A stretch of DNA of 63,845 nt, the filler included. It is 6 parts of 6 records of this genome, joined end to end, with 100 filler letters (N's around TTAATTAATTAA, not from the genome) between each part and the next. Parts side by side here need not be neighbours in the genome. Positions count along the whole stretch, not along the records: positions 25,788 to 47,855 come from SRR20825010_3171; 5 more parts are not named here. One strand, written 5' to 3'. A model generated the notes under the pieces. It ran no database searches, was not told the origin of the DNA, and saw only the letters and a program-made list of their open reading frames with translations. The translations under genes were made by a program, and so were the position numbers. Shown one piece after another: positions 30,358 to 40,880 of this stretch (positions within the stretch are counted from its first letter, which is position 1; each line of letters opens with the position of its first letter).

Positions 30358-31509
30358 ATGCTCCAAAACCAAAGTCACCTTTTTAATTTACCGCAAGACA
30401 TTACTTTTCTCAATTGTGCATACATGTCGCCATTACTCAAATCGGTGGCAGAAGTGGGCGTTAGGGCAGTGTATGGTAAGGAAGATCCAACTACCATTAA
30501 GCCTGAGGACTTTTTTAAAAATGCCCAATTACTCCGGGAAGAGTTTGCTAAACTGATCAATGTAAAGGATGCAAATCTTTGCGCAGTCATACCTTCGGCT
30601 TCTTACGGCATGGCCAATGTGGCCAAAAACCTTCAGGTAGAAAAAAATGATAACATCATCATTCCCGAAGGGCAATTCCCCAGCAATGTCTATGCTTGGA
30701 AGGAGCTAGAGAAGGAAAAGGGAGTGAAATTGCGCACTGTGAATGCTCCGGATACCACTGAAAATCGTGGCAAAATTTGGAGCGAACGGATACTAGAAGC
30801 CATTGATAGCAAAACCAAAATGGTCGCCATTGGCCATATTCATTGGGCGGACGGCACCAAGTTCGACCTGAAAAAAATTAGAGAACGCACAAGAGAAGTA
30901 GGTGCACTTTTAGTGATTGATGGCACACAATCCATTGGTGCTTTGCCTTTTGATGTGCAAGAATTTCAGCCCGATGCAGTGGTGGCTTCTGGCTACAAGT
31001 GGCTGATGGGGCCTTACGCAACAGGCATGTCTTATTTTGGTGAATACTTCCAAAATGGAAAACCAATTGAGAATAATTGGATGAACCGACTGGACAGTCA
31101 GAATTTTGCCAATTTGGTGAACTATCAGGATGAATATCAGCCAGGAGCTATCCGATATGAAGTAGGCGAAAGTGCCAACTTTATTCTTAGCCCAATGCTC
31201 ACCGAATCGCTTCGTCAAGTAAATGACTGGGGGCCAGAAAACATTCAAGCCTATTGTAAGTCGATTGCCCATGAAGCACAGCAAGAGTTAGCCAAAATGG
31301 GTTTTCAAGTTGAATCTGCTGATTATCGCAGCGAGCACCTTTTTGGAATCCGATTGCCAAAAGGGCTAGACTTAGAAATGGTGAAAAACCGCTTGGCAGC
31401 CGATAAAGTGTTTGTCTCGGTACGTGGAGATTCTATCCGAGTATCGCCTCATGTTTATAATACCAAAGACGATTTTGGACGTTTACTGCATTCACTGAAG
31501 CAGGTATAA
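30358..31509 (+). CDS. Class V PLP-dependent aminotransferase
   Basis: FLNCAYMSP, DGTQSIGA, SGYKWLMGP and IRVSPHVYN motifs. Confidence 0.9.
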   Translation: MLQNQSHLFNLPQDITFLNCAYMSPLLKSVAEVGVRAVYGKEDPTTIKPEDFFKNAQLLREEFAKLINVKDANLCAVIPSASYGMANVAKNLQVEKNDNIIIPEGQFPSNVYAWKELEKEKGVKLRTVNAPDTTENRGKIWSERILEAIDSKTKMVAIGHIHWADGTKFDLKKIRERTREVGALLVIDGTQSIGALPFDVQEFQPDAVVASGYKWLMGPYATGMSYFGEYFQNGKPIENNWMNRLDSQNFANLVNYQDEYQPGAIRYEVGESANFILSPMLTESLRQVNDWGPENIQAYCKSIAHEAQQELAKMGFQVESADYRSEHLFGIRLPKGLDLEMVKNRLAADKVFVSVRGDSIRVSPHVYNTKDDFGRLLHSLKQV

Positions 31510-31610
31510 GCAGACCTAGAGGCATGTTAAAATTAAAATTTGCCCATAGTTTTTTTAATCAGTCAATCTCCGTAATTTTGTCCGGCAAATAAACCCTGTT
31601 TTTATTTGCC

Positions 31611-33083
31611 ATGGCTCTCGACACAAACAAATTCCTTTTTGAAGCACTGACCTACGATGATGTCCTGCTTCTCCCTGCTTACTCTGATATTTTACCCAGA
31701 GATACCAACACAAAAACTTTACTTACTAGAAATATTCAATTGAACATTCCATTGGTTTCGGCCGCTATGGATACCGTTACTGAATATGAATTGGCCATTG
31801 CTATGGCCCTGGAAGGTGGCTTGGGCTTCATTCATAAAAACATGAAGGTTGCTGAACAAGCGCAGCAAGTACGAAAAGTAAAACGTTCGCAAAGCGGAAT
31901 GATTTTAGACCCAATTACCCTCAATGTAGAAAGTACGGCAAGGGATGCGGACAAAATCATGCGTGAGAATAAAATTGGCGGTATTCCTGTGGTGGATAAA
32001 GATCAAAATCTGGTCGGAATTATCACCAACCGCGACATGCGCTTTATCAAAGACATGACCAAGCCGGTGCGCGACATCATGACCGTTGAAAACCTGATTA
32101 CCGCAAAAATGGGGATCAGTTTGGGTGAAGCCGAGAGCATTCTTCAAGAGTTCAAAATCGAGAAACTTCCGATTATTGATGAGCATGGTAAGCTGAGTGG
32201 CTTGATTACCTACAAGGATATTCTGAAAAACAGAGACAGACCTAACGCTTGTAAAGATGAATACGGTCGCTTGAGAGTAGGTGCTGCCGTTGGGGTGACT
32301 CCAGATATTATTGAAAGAATTGATGCATTAAAAAATGCAGGCGTAGATGTCATCTCTATCGACACAGCCCATGGTCATTCTAAGGGCGTGATTGATATGG
32401 CAAAACGCGTGAAGGCTGCTTATCCCGACATGGAGTTGATTATGGGGAATATTGCTACGGCTGCAGCAGCGAAAGCTTTGGTAGATGCTGGTGCCGATGG
32501 TATTAAAGTAGGTGTTGGCCCAGGCAGTATCTGTACCACGCGAGTAATTGCGGGTGTGGGCATGCCGCAGCTCTCGGCTGTATATGAGTCGGCTAAAGCC
32601 ATTAAAGGCTCAGGCGTTCCGATCATAGCCGATGGCGGTATCCGTTACTCTGGCGACTTGGTAAAGGCCATTGCTGGTGGTGCGAGTACCATTATGATTG
32701 GCTCTTTGCTTGCTGGAACTGAAGAAGCTCCGGGCGAAGTGATTCTTTACGAAGGAAGAAAATTCAAATCGTATAGAGGCATGGGTTCTATAGAGGCCAT
32801 GGAAGATGGATCGAAAGACCGTTATTTCCAAGATGCTGAAGATGACATCAAGAAATTAGTACCAGAAGGAATTGTAGGCCGTGTACCTTACAAGGGAACG
32901 GTTCAGGAAATGCTTTACCAATTAACAGGTGGTTTGAAAGCAGGAATGGGCTACTGTGGTGCTGGTACTATTGAAGATTTGCAAAAAGCGCAATTCGTGA
33001 AAATCACCAATGCTGGGATGAGCGAAAGCCATCCGCATGATATTATGATTACCCGCGAAGCGCCTAACTACAGCAGAAGATAA
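31611..33083 (+). CDS. guaB: IMP dehydrogenase
   Basis: [11 protein letters not shown] pair, [17 protein letters not shown]. Confidence 0.98.
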   Translation: MALDTNKFLFEALTYDDVLLLPAYSDILPRDTNTKTLLTRNIQLNIPLVSAAMDTVTEYELAIAMALEGGLGFIHKNMKVAEQAQQVRKVKRSQSGMILDPITLNVESTARDADKIMRENKIGGIPVVDKDQNLVGIITNRDMRFIKDMTKPVRDIMTVENLITAKMGISLGEAESILQEFKIEKLPIIDEHGKLSGLITYKDILKNRDRPNACKDEYGRLRVGAAVGVTPDIIERIDALKNAGVDVISIDTAHGHSKGVIDMAKRVKAAYPDMELIMGNIATAAAAKALVDAGADGIKVGVGPGSICTTRVIAGVGMPQLSAVYESAKAIKGSGVPIIADGGIRYSGDLVKAIAGGASTIMIGSLLAGTEEAPGEVILYEGRKFKSYRGMGSIEAMEDGSKDRYFQDAEDDIKKLVPEGIVGRVPYKGTVQEMLYQLTGGLKAGMGYCGAGTIEDLQKAQFVKITNAGMSESHPHDIMITREAPNYSRR

Positions 33084-33108
33084 ATCTAATTTACTCAGAC
33101 TTTTAAAC

Positions 33109-33147
33109 AAAAGAGGCTGTCTGAAAAGTCAAGACAGCCTCTTTTTT
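33109..33147 (+). terminator. guaB terminator
   Basis: AAAAGAGGCTGTCT...AGACAGCCTCTTTTTT. Confidence 0.8.
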
Positions 33148-33222
33148 ATTCGGATACCTATCTGAGAAAGCTTTCAAATACGCGATTCTCAGAGGGTTTA
33201 TTTTACTTTTTAGACACCCTCT
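33112..33222. mobile_element. Putative MITE or IS remnant, about 110 bp
   Basis: 18-bp terminal inverted repeats AGAGGCTGTCTGAAAAGT / ACTTTTTAGACACCCTCT (16/18 match); internal TCTGAGAA/TTCTCAGA. Confidence 0.45.
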
Positions 33223-33256
33223 TTTTTTCTCCTAGTTTGATGGTCTCTTTTAATTG

Positions 33257-33307
33257 ATGCGCTTCAAGCGCATAAGAAGACAGGTACTCGCCACAGGCAA
33301 GCACCAG
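33257..33307. repeat. Direct repeat copy 1 (51 nt, palindromic head)
   Basis: ATGCGCTTCAAGCGCATAAGAAGACAGGTACTCGCCACAGGCAAGCACCAG, repeated at 35748-35818. Confidence 0.85.
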
Positions 33308-33348
33308 AAACCGCAGTGGATAAGTGACACTATCTAGCAGAGAGCAAT

Positions 33349-33705
33349 TTATTCAGCCATGCTTTTCAGCTCTTCATATAGATCCAAAAACCCTTTTGAT
33401 GACTCAATATAGAGTATAGAATTTTTTAAATAGAAGGCATTTTTAGCTACAGAAGAGTTTGTCTTAGATAACTTGTCTATAGCCTGTTCAAAGTATCTTT
33501 TGAACCTTTCAACATAGTTTCTATAATCTGATGGTTTGCACATTGGGGCACTCCCTCTGTCTTCATAAAAGACTAGGAATTGATATAAGCCTTTAAGCTC
33601 CTTCCTAGTATTCAAACTGGGGGTTGAGCTGGAGTAAGAACCTAAGGCGTTTAATAAAAACCTTTCAATTCTGTAACTGACATTGTAAACTTCATTTTGT
33701 ATCAT
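33349..33705 (-). CDS. Hypothetical protein, 118 aa, AT-rich
   Basis: ORF with an A-rich initiation region; no recognised motif. Confidence 0.6.
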   Translation of the reverse strand: MIQNEVYNVSYRIERFLLNALGSYSSSTPSLNTRKELKGLYQFLVFYEDRGSAPMCKPSDYRNYVERFKRYFEQAIDKLSKTNSSVAKNAFYLKNSILYIESSKGFLDLYEELKSMAE

Positions 33706-33980
33706 ATTCTTGATTTTTAAATTTGATTAAAGGAACATGATGAATGTGCTTGCGGAAAGGACAAATAAAAAAAGCACATTTAAACACGTGATTTGCACTT
33801 TTTATGACAGTACTTCATTATAACTTGTGGTGGTTTGTAATAAACTGTGTGGAAAAAAAAGGCTGTTCCCCATGAAGTAATAACTTCCAATAGGTTTAAG
33901 AAGCTGCCGATAAACCATTTTATTTTTTTATAAGTGTTTTGTACTATTTAAGCCCTGGTTTAGCTAAATTACGAGCAGTA

Positions 33981-34121
33981 ATGGAGTTCATAAAGGACAT
34001 ATCCGTCAACCTCATTTCCGATTTGATTTTATTCGGTGCAGGGACTCTATGGGCAAGCTTTGCCCTTTTAAAAAAATCTAAATTTTGTACCGTAGAGGAC
34101 AAAGTACCTTCTAAATACTAG
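33981..34121 (+). CDS. Possible small membrane protein, 46 aa
   Basis: MEFIKDISVNLISDLILFGAGTLWASFALLKKSKF...: one TM-like segment followed by basic residues. Confidence 0.4.
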   Translation: MEFIKDISVNLISDLILFGAGTLWASFALLKKSKFCTVEDKVPSKY

Positions 34122-34388
34122 GTTGTTAAACGGCCGTTTAACGCTGTCTGTACTGACTTCTTTTCACTAAACCAGACATCTTAACTCATTTGTTCTTTAA
34201 AGACTTCAGACGGCTTTATTCAAAACTTCGATTATGCTAGTTTCCACAGATCTAGTCAGATCGTGGGGTTCCTTTTAACTCATGCAATCTTTCGATTTTT
34301 TACTCCAGTAAATAGCCATCATTCTATACTGATAAGTAAAGTCGCTCAAATTGGTAATTCACCTTTGATGAATATTAGAATTTTATTT

Positions 34389-35408
34389 TTAATTAATTCC
34401 CAGGAAACGTAGAATAGCCTTTACCTTTTCATAAGTATTATGGTCCATTTCGGCTAGTTTTTCGATGTTATGGTTTTTGTAGAAGTGCTCTCTGATTTCC
34501 AGCATTTCATCATAAGGCCCACGGCCAGAAATGAGTTTCGCTACAATTGGAGTACACTCCAATAAAATGAAAAGCAGCATAATAAAAATATTGGCGAAAT
34601 GAATGGCAGTGTTTTCTTCTCCCAAAATTCTTAAGGCCTGTAATTGAGCCGCCATACCATTCCAAGGATTACGTTTTAGATTGGTGATTTCGGTTTGCTT
34701 GGTTGCGAAAAGGGCATCCCATTCTTGCTGTTTATCTGCAATCAGGGGTTGGTTGATGGCCTGAAGCGCAATTAGCTCTTTTTGCGCTTGGTCGGCATCT
34801 GCTTTTTTGAGTTGATAAATTGGCCCAGCGTTTCTTTTTCCAGAACCACCAGTGCCATCAGCTTCTTGTTGAGCCGCTTTTGCTAGCTCATCACGCTTTT
34901 CAGTTTTAGTGACTATTTCAGTTTTTAGGCTGCTGATTTGTCCATCGATTGTCGCCAATTGTGTGGTGTACCTTCGTTCTAAATCAATAATCTCTTTCTG
35001 ATAAATTTCCTCTTCCAGCGTAATCAGTTTTCGATCAATTTCTTTCGAGAAAATGCGTAATTCTAAAGGTTTAGAAATTACAATGGCCAGCATAATGGCC
35101 AATAATATTCGGGGAGAAGCGGTGAAGAATTCGCGTGCAAAACCTTTTTTATTTTTCCGCATGGTGGAAACAATAAAGCGGTCGAGGTTGAAAATAATGG
35201 TGCCCCAGAGTAAGCCAAAGGCCAGCGCCCACCAAACATTTTCAAAAACGGTATGAAAGGCATATCCGCCTGAAAGCGCGGCTAAAACGCCAGTAAAGAA
35301 AACGGCAGCACCAATTCCGGTGTATTTTGAGGCATCGGTGGGGCATCGGTTCAATAATGAGCGGTTGACCCCCGCGCAGAACCAGAAAAATTCTTTAAGT
35401 TGTTGCAT
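34389..35408 (-). CDS. DUF4407 domain membrane protein
   Basis: IFNLDRFIVST, ISKPLELRIF and EADGTGGSG motifs. Confidence 0.85.
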   Translation of the reverse strand: MQQLKEFFWFCAGVNRSLLNRCPTDASKYTGIGAAVFFTGVLAALSGGYAFHTVFENVWWALAFGLLWGTIIFNLDRFIVSTMRKNKKGFAREFFTASPRILLAIMLAIVISKPLELRIFSKEIDRKLITLEEEIYQKEIIDLERRYTTQLATIDGQISSLKTEIVTKTEKRDELAKAAQQEADGTGGSGKRNAGPIYQLKKADADQAQKELIALQAINQPLIADKQQEWDALFATKQTEITNLKRNPWNGMAAQLQALRILGEENTAIHFANIFIMLLFILLECTPIVAKLISGRGPYDEMLEIREHFYKNHNIEKLAEMDHNTYEKVKAILRFLGIN

Positions 35409-35747
35409 GTTGTTTGTGTTGGTGACCTTTGGACTATTTGACCGTCCATTTTTAGGTAGTTGAAAGAACAACGTAATGCCTATTACATATGTTGTGTTAA
35501 CCAGTACCTTTTTATACAAGGTAGTGATCTCAAATGTAAATCACTAAAAAATAGGCCGTATCAAAAGAGTCTGTCAGATGAATTCTCAAAACCATCGGTA
35601 ACCGTTGTTGTCCCCCTCAACCTGTAAAAGATAGATTGGAGTACCAAAGTTTTTTGGAGAGGGAGGATTTCAGCCATGGTAGAAGAAACCGCTACTTTCA
35701 ACGCTTTACACTAGTTCACAATGGGCTTCCCCTAATAGATAGAAACA

Positions 35748-35818
35748 ATGCGCTACAAGCGCATAAGAAGATAGGTACTCGCCACAGGCCTACTTGCCGC
35801 TAGGCAGGCAAGCACCAG
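35748..35818. repeat. Direct repeat copy 2 with a 20-nt palindromic insertion
   Basis: Same as copy 1 apart from 2 mismatches, plus CCTACTTGCCGCTAGGCAGG at 35789-35808. Confidence 0.85.
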
Positions 35819-35856
35819 TTACAGCAGAGGGAAATAAGCGTTGGTTACAGATGTAG

Positions 35857-37110
35857 CTACTCTTGCTTCTCCCCATTGTATTCTTCCAAAAGCAATCTCA
35901 TCATTTCTTGAGCGCTTACTTTGCCTTTTTCTTTGATCAAATCTCTGGGAGTGTCATCACCGATTTCATAGGTAATGCCTTCGGCTTTGAACTGGCTATA
36001 AAACCAGTTTTTGGAAACGGCTGAGCCAATTGCTGCGGGGCTGATTCTACCTTGGTCTTGAGGGACACGCTCAAAAATGCTTTCGATCCATTCTTTAGCA
36101 AAGCCTTGAATTACGGACTCCACAGTGTCGTCATATGTGTAATACACATCGGAAAAAGTAGAATGGAAATCGAGGCCAAGTTTTACGTCACCACCCGAAG
36201 CATTTACTTTGTCAACTATGTCGGAACAGACTTGCTCTATCTCCGGCTGACGGTAAAATGCCCAATCGCGGTTTAAATCTACCCCGCCAGTGTTATGTCG
36301 CCAATGACCTAAATCTACACCATCAGGGTTCAGCATTGGATAAACGATCAGTCGGTATTCATCTAAGAATTTATTACTGAGTTCGCTATCGTTTACAATC
36401 TCTTCAAGAAAAGCCATCATGGCTAAGTTACCAGTTACTTCTGGCGGGTGTTGCCTGCTGAGTACCACTACAATATCTTTTCCTTCTGTACTCCCATTGG
36501 TAATGTCCATGTTGAGTAGGTCACGACCCAGTTTTGATTTTCCAATCACCTCATGCTGTGTTTTGGCAGAGGTAAAAGTCTGTGTCCATTCCAGCATGTC
36601 CGTTGAATTAATAATTTCTTGAGCAGCAATATAGAGGGTGTCTGAGCTGACGTTTAGGGTCATTGTTGCAGTTTTTCGGTCTTCGGCCACGGTAAACTTT
36701 GTGCTGTCTATGGCCGTCCAATTTTCTCTGTCCGTACTTGTTTTTGGCCAGTAACGATGTCTACCAAATCCATACTTCAAAGTGATGTCAATGGTTTTTT
36801 CGCTTTCAGAATAAATCCTAAATGCATACCAAGCGCTTGCGTTAATGGGAGTGTTTTCAGGACTAATATCTACCTGATAATGATCGTTGCCAATTGAACT
36901 GAAGTTGTTCATTCGGGCACCATCAAACAAATTATCGGCTGTTAGCCCTTCACCCATAATGGAATAACTTCGTTTCTCTTGGGGTGCTATTTCTTTATTG
37001 TTGGTGTCGTTTTTTTGTGCGTAGTCAAATTCAGTAAGTACATACTGAGGTTTTTTTTCGCAAGAAATGAGGAATAAGGCCAAAACAGCCATCGAAAAAA
37101 ATGCTTTCAT
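35857..37110 (-). CDS. M14 zinc carboxypeptidase-like lipoprotein
   Basis: Lipobox LISC; RQHPPE, NPDG, GHWRHN..GVDLNRDW and DFHST motifs. Confidence 0.88.
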   Translation of the reverse strand: MKAFFSMAVLALFLISCEKKPQYVLTEFDYAQKNDTNNKEIAPQEKRSYSIMGEGLTADNLFDGARMNNFSSIGNDHYQVDISPENTPINASAWYAFRIYSESEKTIDITLKYGFGRHRYWPKTSTDRENWTAIDSTKFTVAEDRKTATMTLNVSSDTLYIAAQEIINSTDMLEWTQTFTSAKTQHEVIGKSKLGRDLLNMDITNGSTEGKDIVVVLSRQHPPEVTGNLAMMAFLEEIVNDSELSNKFLDEYRLIVYPMLNPDGVDLGHWRHNTGGVDLNRDWAFYRQPEIEQVCSDIVDKVNASGGDVKLGLDFHSTFSDVYYTYDDTVESVIQGFAKEWIESIFERVPQDQGRISPAAIGSAVSKNWFYSQFKAEGITYEIGDDTPRDLIKEKGKVSAQEMMRLLLEEYNGEKQE

Positions 37111-37171
37111 TCTTCAATATGACTATTGAAATGAAAGCATACAATGATCTTGTTATAAGTGGTGGCCTGAG

Positions 37172-37615
37172 CTATTTAGATTCAGTTACTTCCGCCTCAT
37201 TTAAAATGTACATGAGTTTCAACGGGTCGTCTGAGTTTACGGTGAGAATGCCGGTTACTTTTACGCGATCTTCAGTAAACTTCATGTCTTTTTTAGTGAA
37301 AATTTCTGCTACCGTTTCAGGGCCAGCCCCACCGCAAAAAAAGCAATTGGCGAAAGGCAAAGAAGAGAGTACAAAGTAGTTTTCTCCTCTCAATTCGTCC
37401 AATGGAATCATCCAGCCTTCTAAAGTGATTCTCTTTCCATCGAGGTCTTTCACCTCTTTGCTGAAAGTGTACTCTTCTATATCGTAATTCAGTATTTCGT
37501 CAAACTTAGTTTCTACAGTCACTTTTGACAGTGTACTCCAGGTGTTCTTTTCTTGAGAAAAAACAGAGATCGAAATACTCAATATTAGCAAAAGAGATAG
37601 GGAGATTTTACGCAT
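37172..37615 (-). CDS. DUF3299-like exported protein
   Basis: LDGKRITLEGWMIPL...CFFCGGAGPET; signal peptide. Confidence 0.8.
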   Translation of the reverse strand: MRKISLSLLLILSISISVFSQEKNTWSTLSKVTVETKFDEILNYDIEEYTFSKEVKDLDGKRITLEGWMIPLDELRGENYFVLSSLPFANCFFCGGAGPETVAEIFTKKDMKFTEDRVKVTGILTVNSDDPLKLMYILNEAEVTESK

Positions 37616-38808
37616 TATTTTATCAAATCAAATACCCTATTCCAACGAATGTTTGAGAAAAACCCAGCATCTGGGTTGGTCCTGTCTACAGACCAGAAAA
37701 TGAACAAAGGTTTTCCTACGATATGATCCGCAGGTACAAAACCCCAAGAACGAGAATCTTCAGAGTTATGACGGTTATCGCCCATCATAAAATAGTATCC
37801 TTGCTTGAAAGTGTACTCAGTAATTTTTTGTCCCTCAATAAATACTTCACTCCCTCTAATTTCAACATCATCATTACCTTCATAATGCTGAATTGGAGTT
37901 CGGTACATGTCCACATTCTCAGGCGTTAACTGAATGGTTTGTCCTTTCTCAGGCATAGTCAATGGCCCAAAAAAGTCAATTGTCCAATCAAAATCCGTTA
38001 CCGGATTGTAGGCTGTGTATTCTGCCCCTAAGTATTGTTGTGCTTCAGGGAAAGCATTATACCCCTCGCCTTTTCTGTACACTACTTTCTCAACACTGGT
38101 AACAAAACTCAGCTTAGCCAATTCGTCCGCCTGTTCTTGGCTGGTGTTCATATAGAAACCCAGTTTTCCGTTGTATTGATAATTGGGAGAAGCAGTAGTC
38201 GCATAGTCTTGCATTGGACTATCGTCCGTATAGTCCGTTATTCCCAATTCTCGCATGTACCTCGGATGTATACCATTTTGAGTTTCTACAAAATAGCTTG
38301 TTTGCATGTGTGGAGGATTCTCCATTGGCTCACCATTGATGTATACCTGTTGGTCGCGTACTTCTAAAACATCACCAGGAATGGCCACGCAACGTTTTAC
38401 ATAAAACGTTTTAATGTCGGTTGGGAATTTTAAGTCTGGTGGGTAGTTAAATACTACTGGCTCGCCCCTTCTTACTTTTCTAAAGCCTGGTAGTCTGTAC
38501 TGTGGAAGCTGAATACCGTCCCAGTAGGATGGAATACCTGTTCCCCAAAAATCTTGATGGGCTAAAGGAAATTTTATAGGTGTTTTAGGCGTCCGGGCGC
38601 CATAGTGTAATTTGCTGACAAAAAGATGGTCGCCAATGAGCATGGAGTTTTCCATGGAACCCGTAGGGATTGCATAGGCTTCGATGAATAAACCTCGGAT
38701 AATAGTGACCGCTATTAGCGCGAAAAGCACATCGTTAAAGAGTTCTCTAAAGAAACCTTTCTTCTGTTTTGGTGCCTTGTCTTTTTTCTTTTTAAAGAAA
38801 TCCAACAT
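37615..38808 (-). CDS. lepB: Signal peptidase I
   Basis: IPTGSME, YVKRCVAIPGD and MGDNRHNSEDSRSWG motifs. Confidence 0.95.
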   Translation of the reverse strand: MLDFFKKKKDKAPKQKKGFFRELFNDVLFALIAVTIIRGLFIEAYAIPTGSMENSMLIGDHLFVSKLHYGARTPKTPIKFPLAHQDFWGTGIPSYWDGIQLPQYRLPGFRKVRRGEPVVFNYPPDLKFPTDIKTFYVKRCVAIPGDVLEVRDQQVYINGEPMENPPHMQTSYFVETQNGIHPRYMRELGITDYTDDSPMQDYATTASPNYQYNGKLGFYMNTSQEQADELAKLSFVTSVEKVVYRKGEGYNAFPEAQQYLGAEYTAYNPVTDFDWTIDFFGPLTMPEKGQTIQLTPENVDMYRTPIQHYEGNDDVEIRGSEVFIEGQKITEYTFKQGYYFMMGDNRHNSEDSRSWGFVPADHIVGKPLFIFWSVDRTNPDAGFFSNIRWNRVFDLIK

Positions 38809-38996
38809 ATAAATCTTCAATTTTGAGTAAACCGTAAAGGTATTATTAATTCTTAAAAATTCGAGTCATTCTAATGATGGAATAACTTTGAATGAAACGA
38901 GAGTTATGTATAATGGTTATTCAGGCCATAAATACACCATCGGTTGCTATTTTCAGCCGTAAGTTGGTTACTTGCAAATGAATTTTTGAAAGGGAT

Positions 38997-39632
38997 ATGA
39001 TAACCATTGAAAACCTAAATTTCGGATATTCAGAAAAGCGAATTCTGTCCATTTCCCACATGGAAATTAAGGAGAAGCAACATCTGATGATCCTCGGGAA
39101 GTCTGGGAGCGGCAAAACCACTCTACTGCATATTCTCGGTGGGCTCTTGAAACCAATTGAGGGTCAAGTGATTATTGATAAAACTAATCTATACCAACTT
39201 TCTGGAAGTGAAATGGATAAGTACAGAGGCCAGAATATTGGCCTAGTTTTTCAGAAGGCACATTTGATTTCGGCACTTACCGTAAAAGACAATCTTTTGC
39301 TGGCGCAGTATTTCTCTGGAATTCCTCAAGATACAGCCCGTATCAAAGAAGTTTTGGGCACATTGAATTTGAGCGAGAAGTTAAACTCTAAAGTAAGGCG
39401 GCTGAGCCAAGGAGAGCAACAACGCGTAACCATTGCCAGGGCTTTGCTGAATAAACCGCGTGTGCTTTTGGCCGATGAACCTACCGCAAGTTTAGATGAT
39501 GATAATGCGAACAGTGTAATTCAGCTGCTGAAAGAGCAGGCTGAAAACAATAATGCTTCGTTGATTATTGCTACGCATGATCAGCGGGTAAAAGATGCTT
39601 TTGATTTACAACTAAACCTGAACGAGCAATGA
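38997..39632 (+). CDS. ABC transporter ATP-binding protein (LolD/MacB-like)
   Basis: GKSGSGKTT, LSQGEQQR and LADEPT motifs. Confidence 0.93.
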   Translation: MITIENLNFGYSEKRILSISHMEIKEKQHLMILGKSGSGKTTLLHILGGLLKPIEGQVIIDKTNLYQLSGSEMDKYRGQNIGLVFQKAHLISALTVKDNLLLAQYFSGIPQDTARIKEVLGTLNLSEKLNSKVRRLSQGEQQRVTIARALLNKPRVLLADEPTASLDDDNANSVIQLLKEQAENNNASLIIATHDQRVKDAFDLQLNLNEQ

Positions 39633-40879
39633 ACCTGTTTTTACTTAGTTGGAAATATATAAAAGATAAACCCCTCAATACCTTCCTGAATGTATTGTTG
39701 ATGGGCTTAGGAGTTGCCATCATTTTGGTATTGTTGATTCTGAACTCTCAGTTGGAAGAAAATCTTTCCAAAAATAAGCGAGGAGTTGACTTAGTAGTAG
39801 GGGCAAAAGGAAGTCCGTTGCAATTGATTTTAGCGAATGTGTATCATATCGATTTCCCAACGGGGAATATAAAATTAGACGAAGCCAAGGCTTTGACCCG
39901 AAACCGCCAAGTAAAATCGGCCATTCCATTGGCTTTGGGCGATAACTACCGGGGTTTTAGAATTGTGGGCACTAACCATGATTACGTCAAGCTTTATGAA
40001 GGAGCCCTGTCAGCTGGCGAATTATGGAAATACAATTTAGAATGCACCATTGGGCCCAATGTGGCAATGCAATTGGGCTTGAAGGTTGGCGATGAGTTTT
40101 TTGGAGCACATGGCCTTAGCGAGACTGATCTTGATCATGAAGAAGCTAGCTATAAAGTAGTGGGGATTCTTGAACCAAGTAATTCCGCATTAGATAACCT
40201 TATTTTGACCAATATTGAAAGTATTTGGCAGGTGCACGACCATAGTACTAAAGAAGGAGAGGAAGAAGCTGATCATAATCACGAACCGGTGTTAGGTTCA
40301 GCCTATGAAACAGGCTTACCAGAAGGTGGGCCGGAAGATGAAATCACCTCGATGTTGATTCAGTTTAGGTCGGCCATGGGCGCGGTTACCATGCCTAGAA
40401 TGATTAACAGCAACACCAATATGCAAGCGGCTTCACCAGCTTTCGAAACCCAAAGGTTGTTCTCGCTTATGGGCATTGGTGTCAACATGATCAAAAGCTT
40501 TGCGTATATTATCATCATAATTGCGGGGTTGAGCATTTTCATTTCTCTTTATAATGCCTTGAAAGATAGAAAGTACGATTTGGCCATTATGCGATCGTTA
40601 GGCGCTTCAAAAACTAAATTGTTTGTTCACGTAATTTTTGAGGGCATCATCATCACCACCATTGGAGGCCTTTTAGGTTTTGTTCTAGGCCATGGTTTGG
40701 TAGAAATTCTAACAGGGCTTTACGAGAAATCGGAAGCCATTGGTATTTCAGGAATGGTTTTGGTGAAAGGAGAACTTTACGTATTGCTGATTAGTGTAGG
40801 AGTGGGAGTTTTAGCTTCGGGATTACCGGCCTTTAATGCGTATAAAACAGATATTTCGAAAGTATTAGCACAAGAATGA
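39629..40879 (+). CDS. FtsX/MacB-like ABC permease with His/Glu-rich periplasmic loops
   Basis: DLVVGAKGSPLQLIL, IWQVHDH...DHNHE and LAIMRSLGA motifs. Confidence 0.88.
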   Translation: MNLFLLSWKYIKDKPLNTFLNVLLMGLGVAIILVLLILNSQLEENLSKNKRGVDLVVGAKGSPLQLILANVYHIDFPTGNIKLDEAKALTRNRQVKSAIPLALGDNYRGFRIVGTNHDYVKLYEGALSAGELWKYNLECTIGPNVAMQLGLKVGDEFFGAHGLSETDLDHEEASYKVVGILEPSNSALDNLILTNIESIWQVHDHSTKEGEEEADHNHEPVLGSAYETGLPEGGPEDEITSMLIQFRSAMGAVTMPRMINSNTNMQAASPAFETQRLFSLMGIGVNMIKSFAYIIIIIAGLSIFISLYNALKDRKYDLAIMRSLGASKTKLFVHVIFEGIIITTIGGLLGFVLGHGLVEILTGLYEKSEAIGISGMVLVKGELYVLLISVGVGVLASGLPAFNAYKTDISKVLAQE

Positions 40880-40880
40880 T

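Noticed and set aside
38900-38920. Zur/Fur-like box between lepB and the ABC operon (GTTATGTATAAT)
   Set aside because: Short, imperfect, wrongly spaced for the proteobacterial consensus, and in AT-rich DNA.
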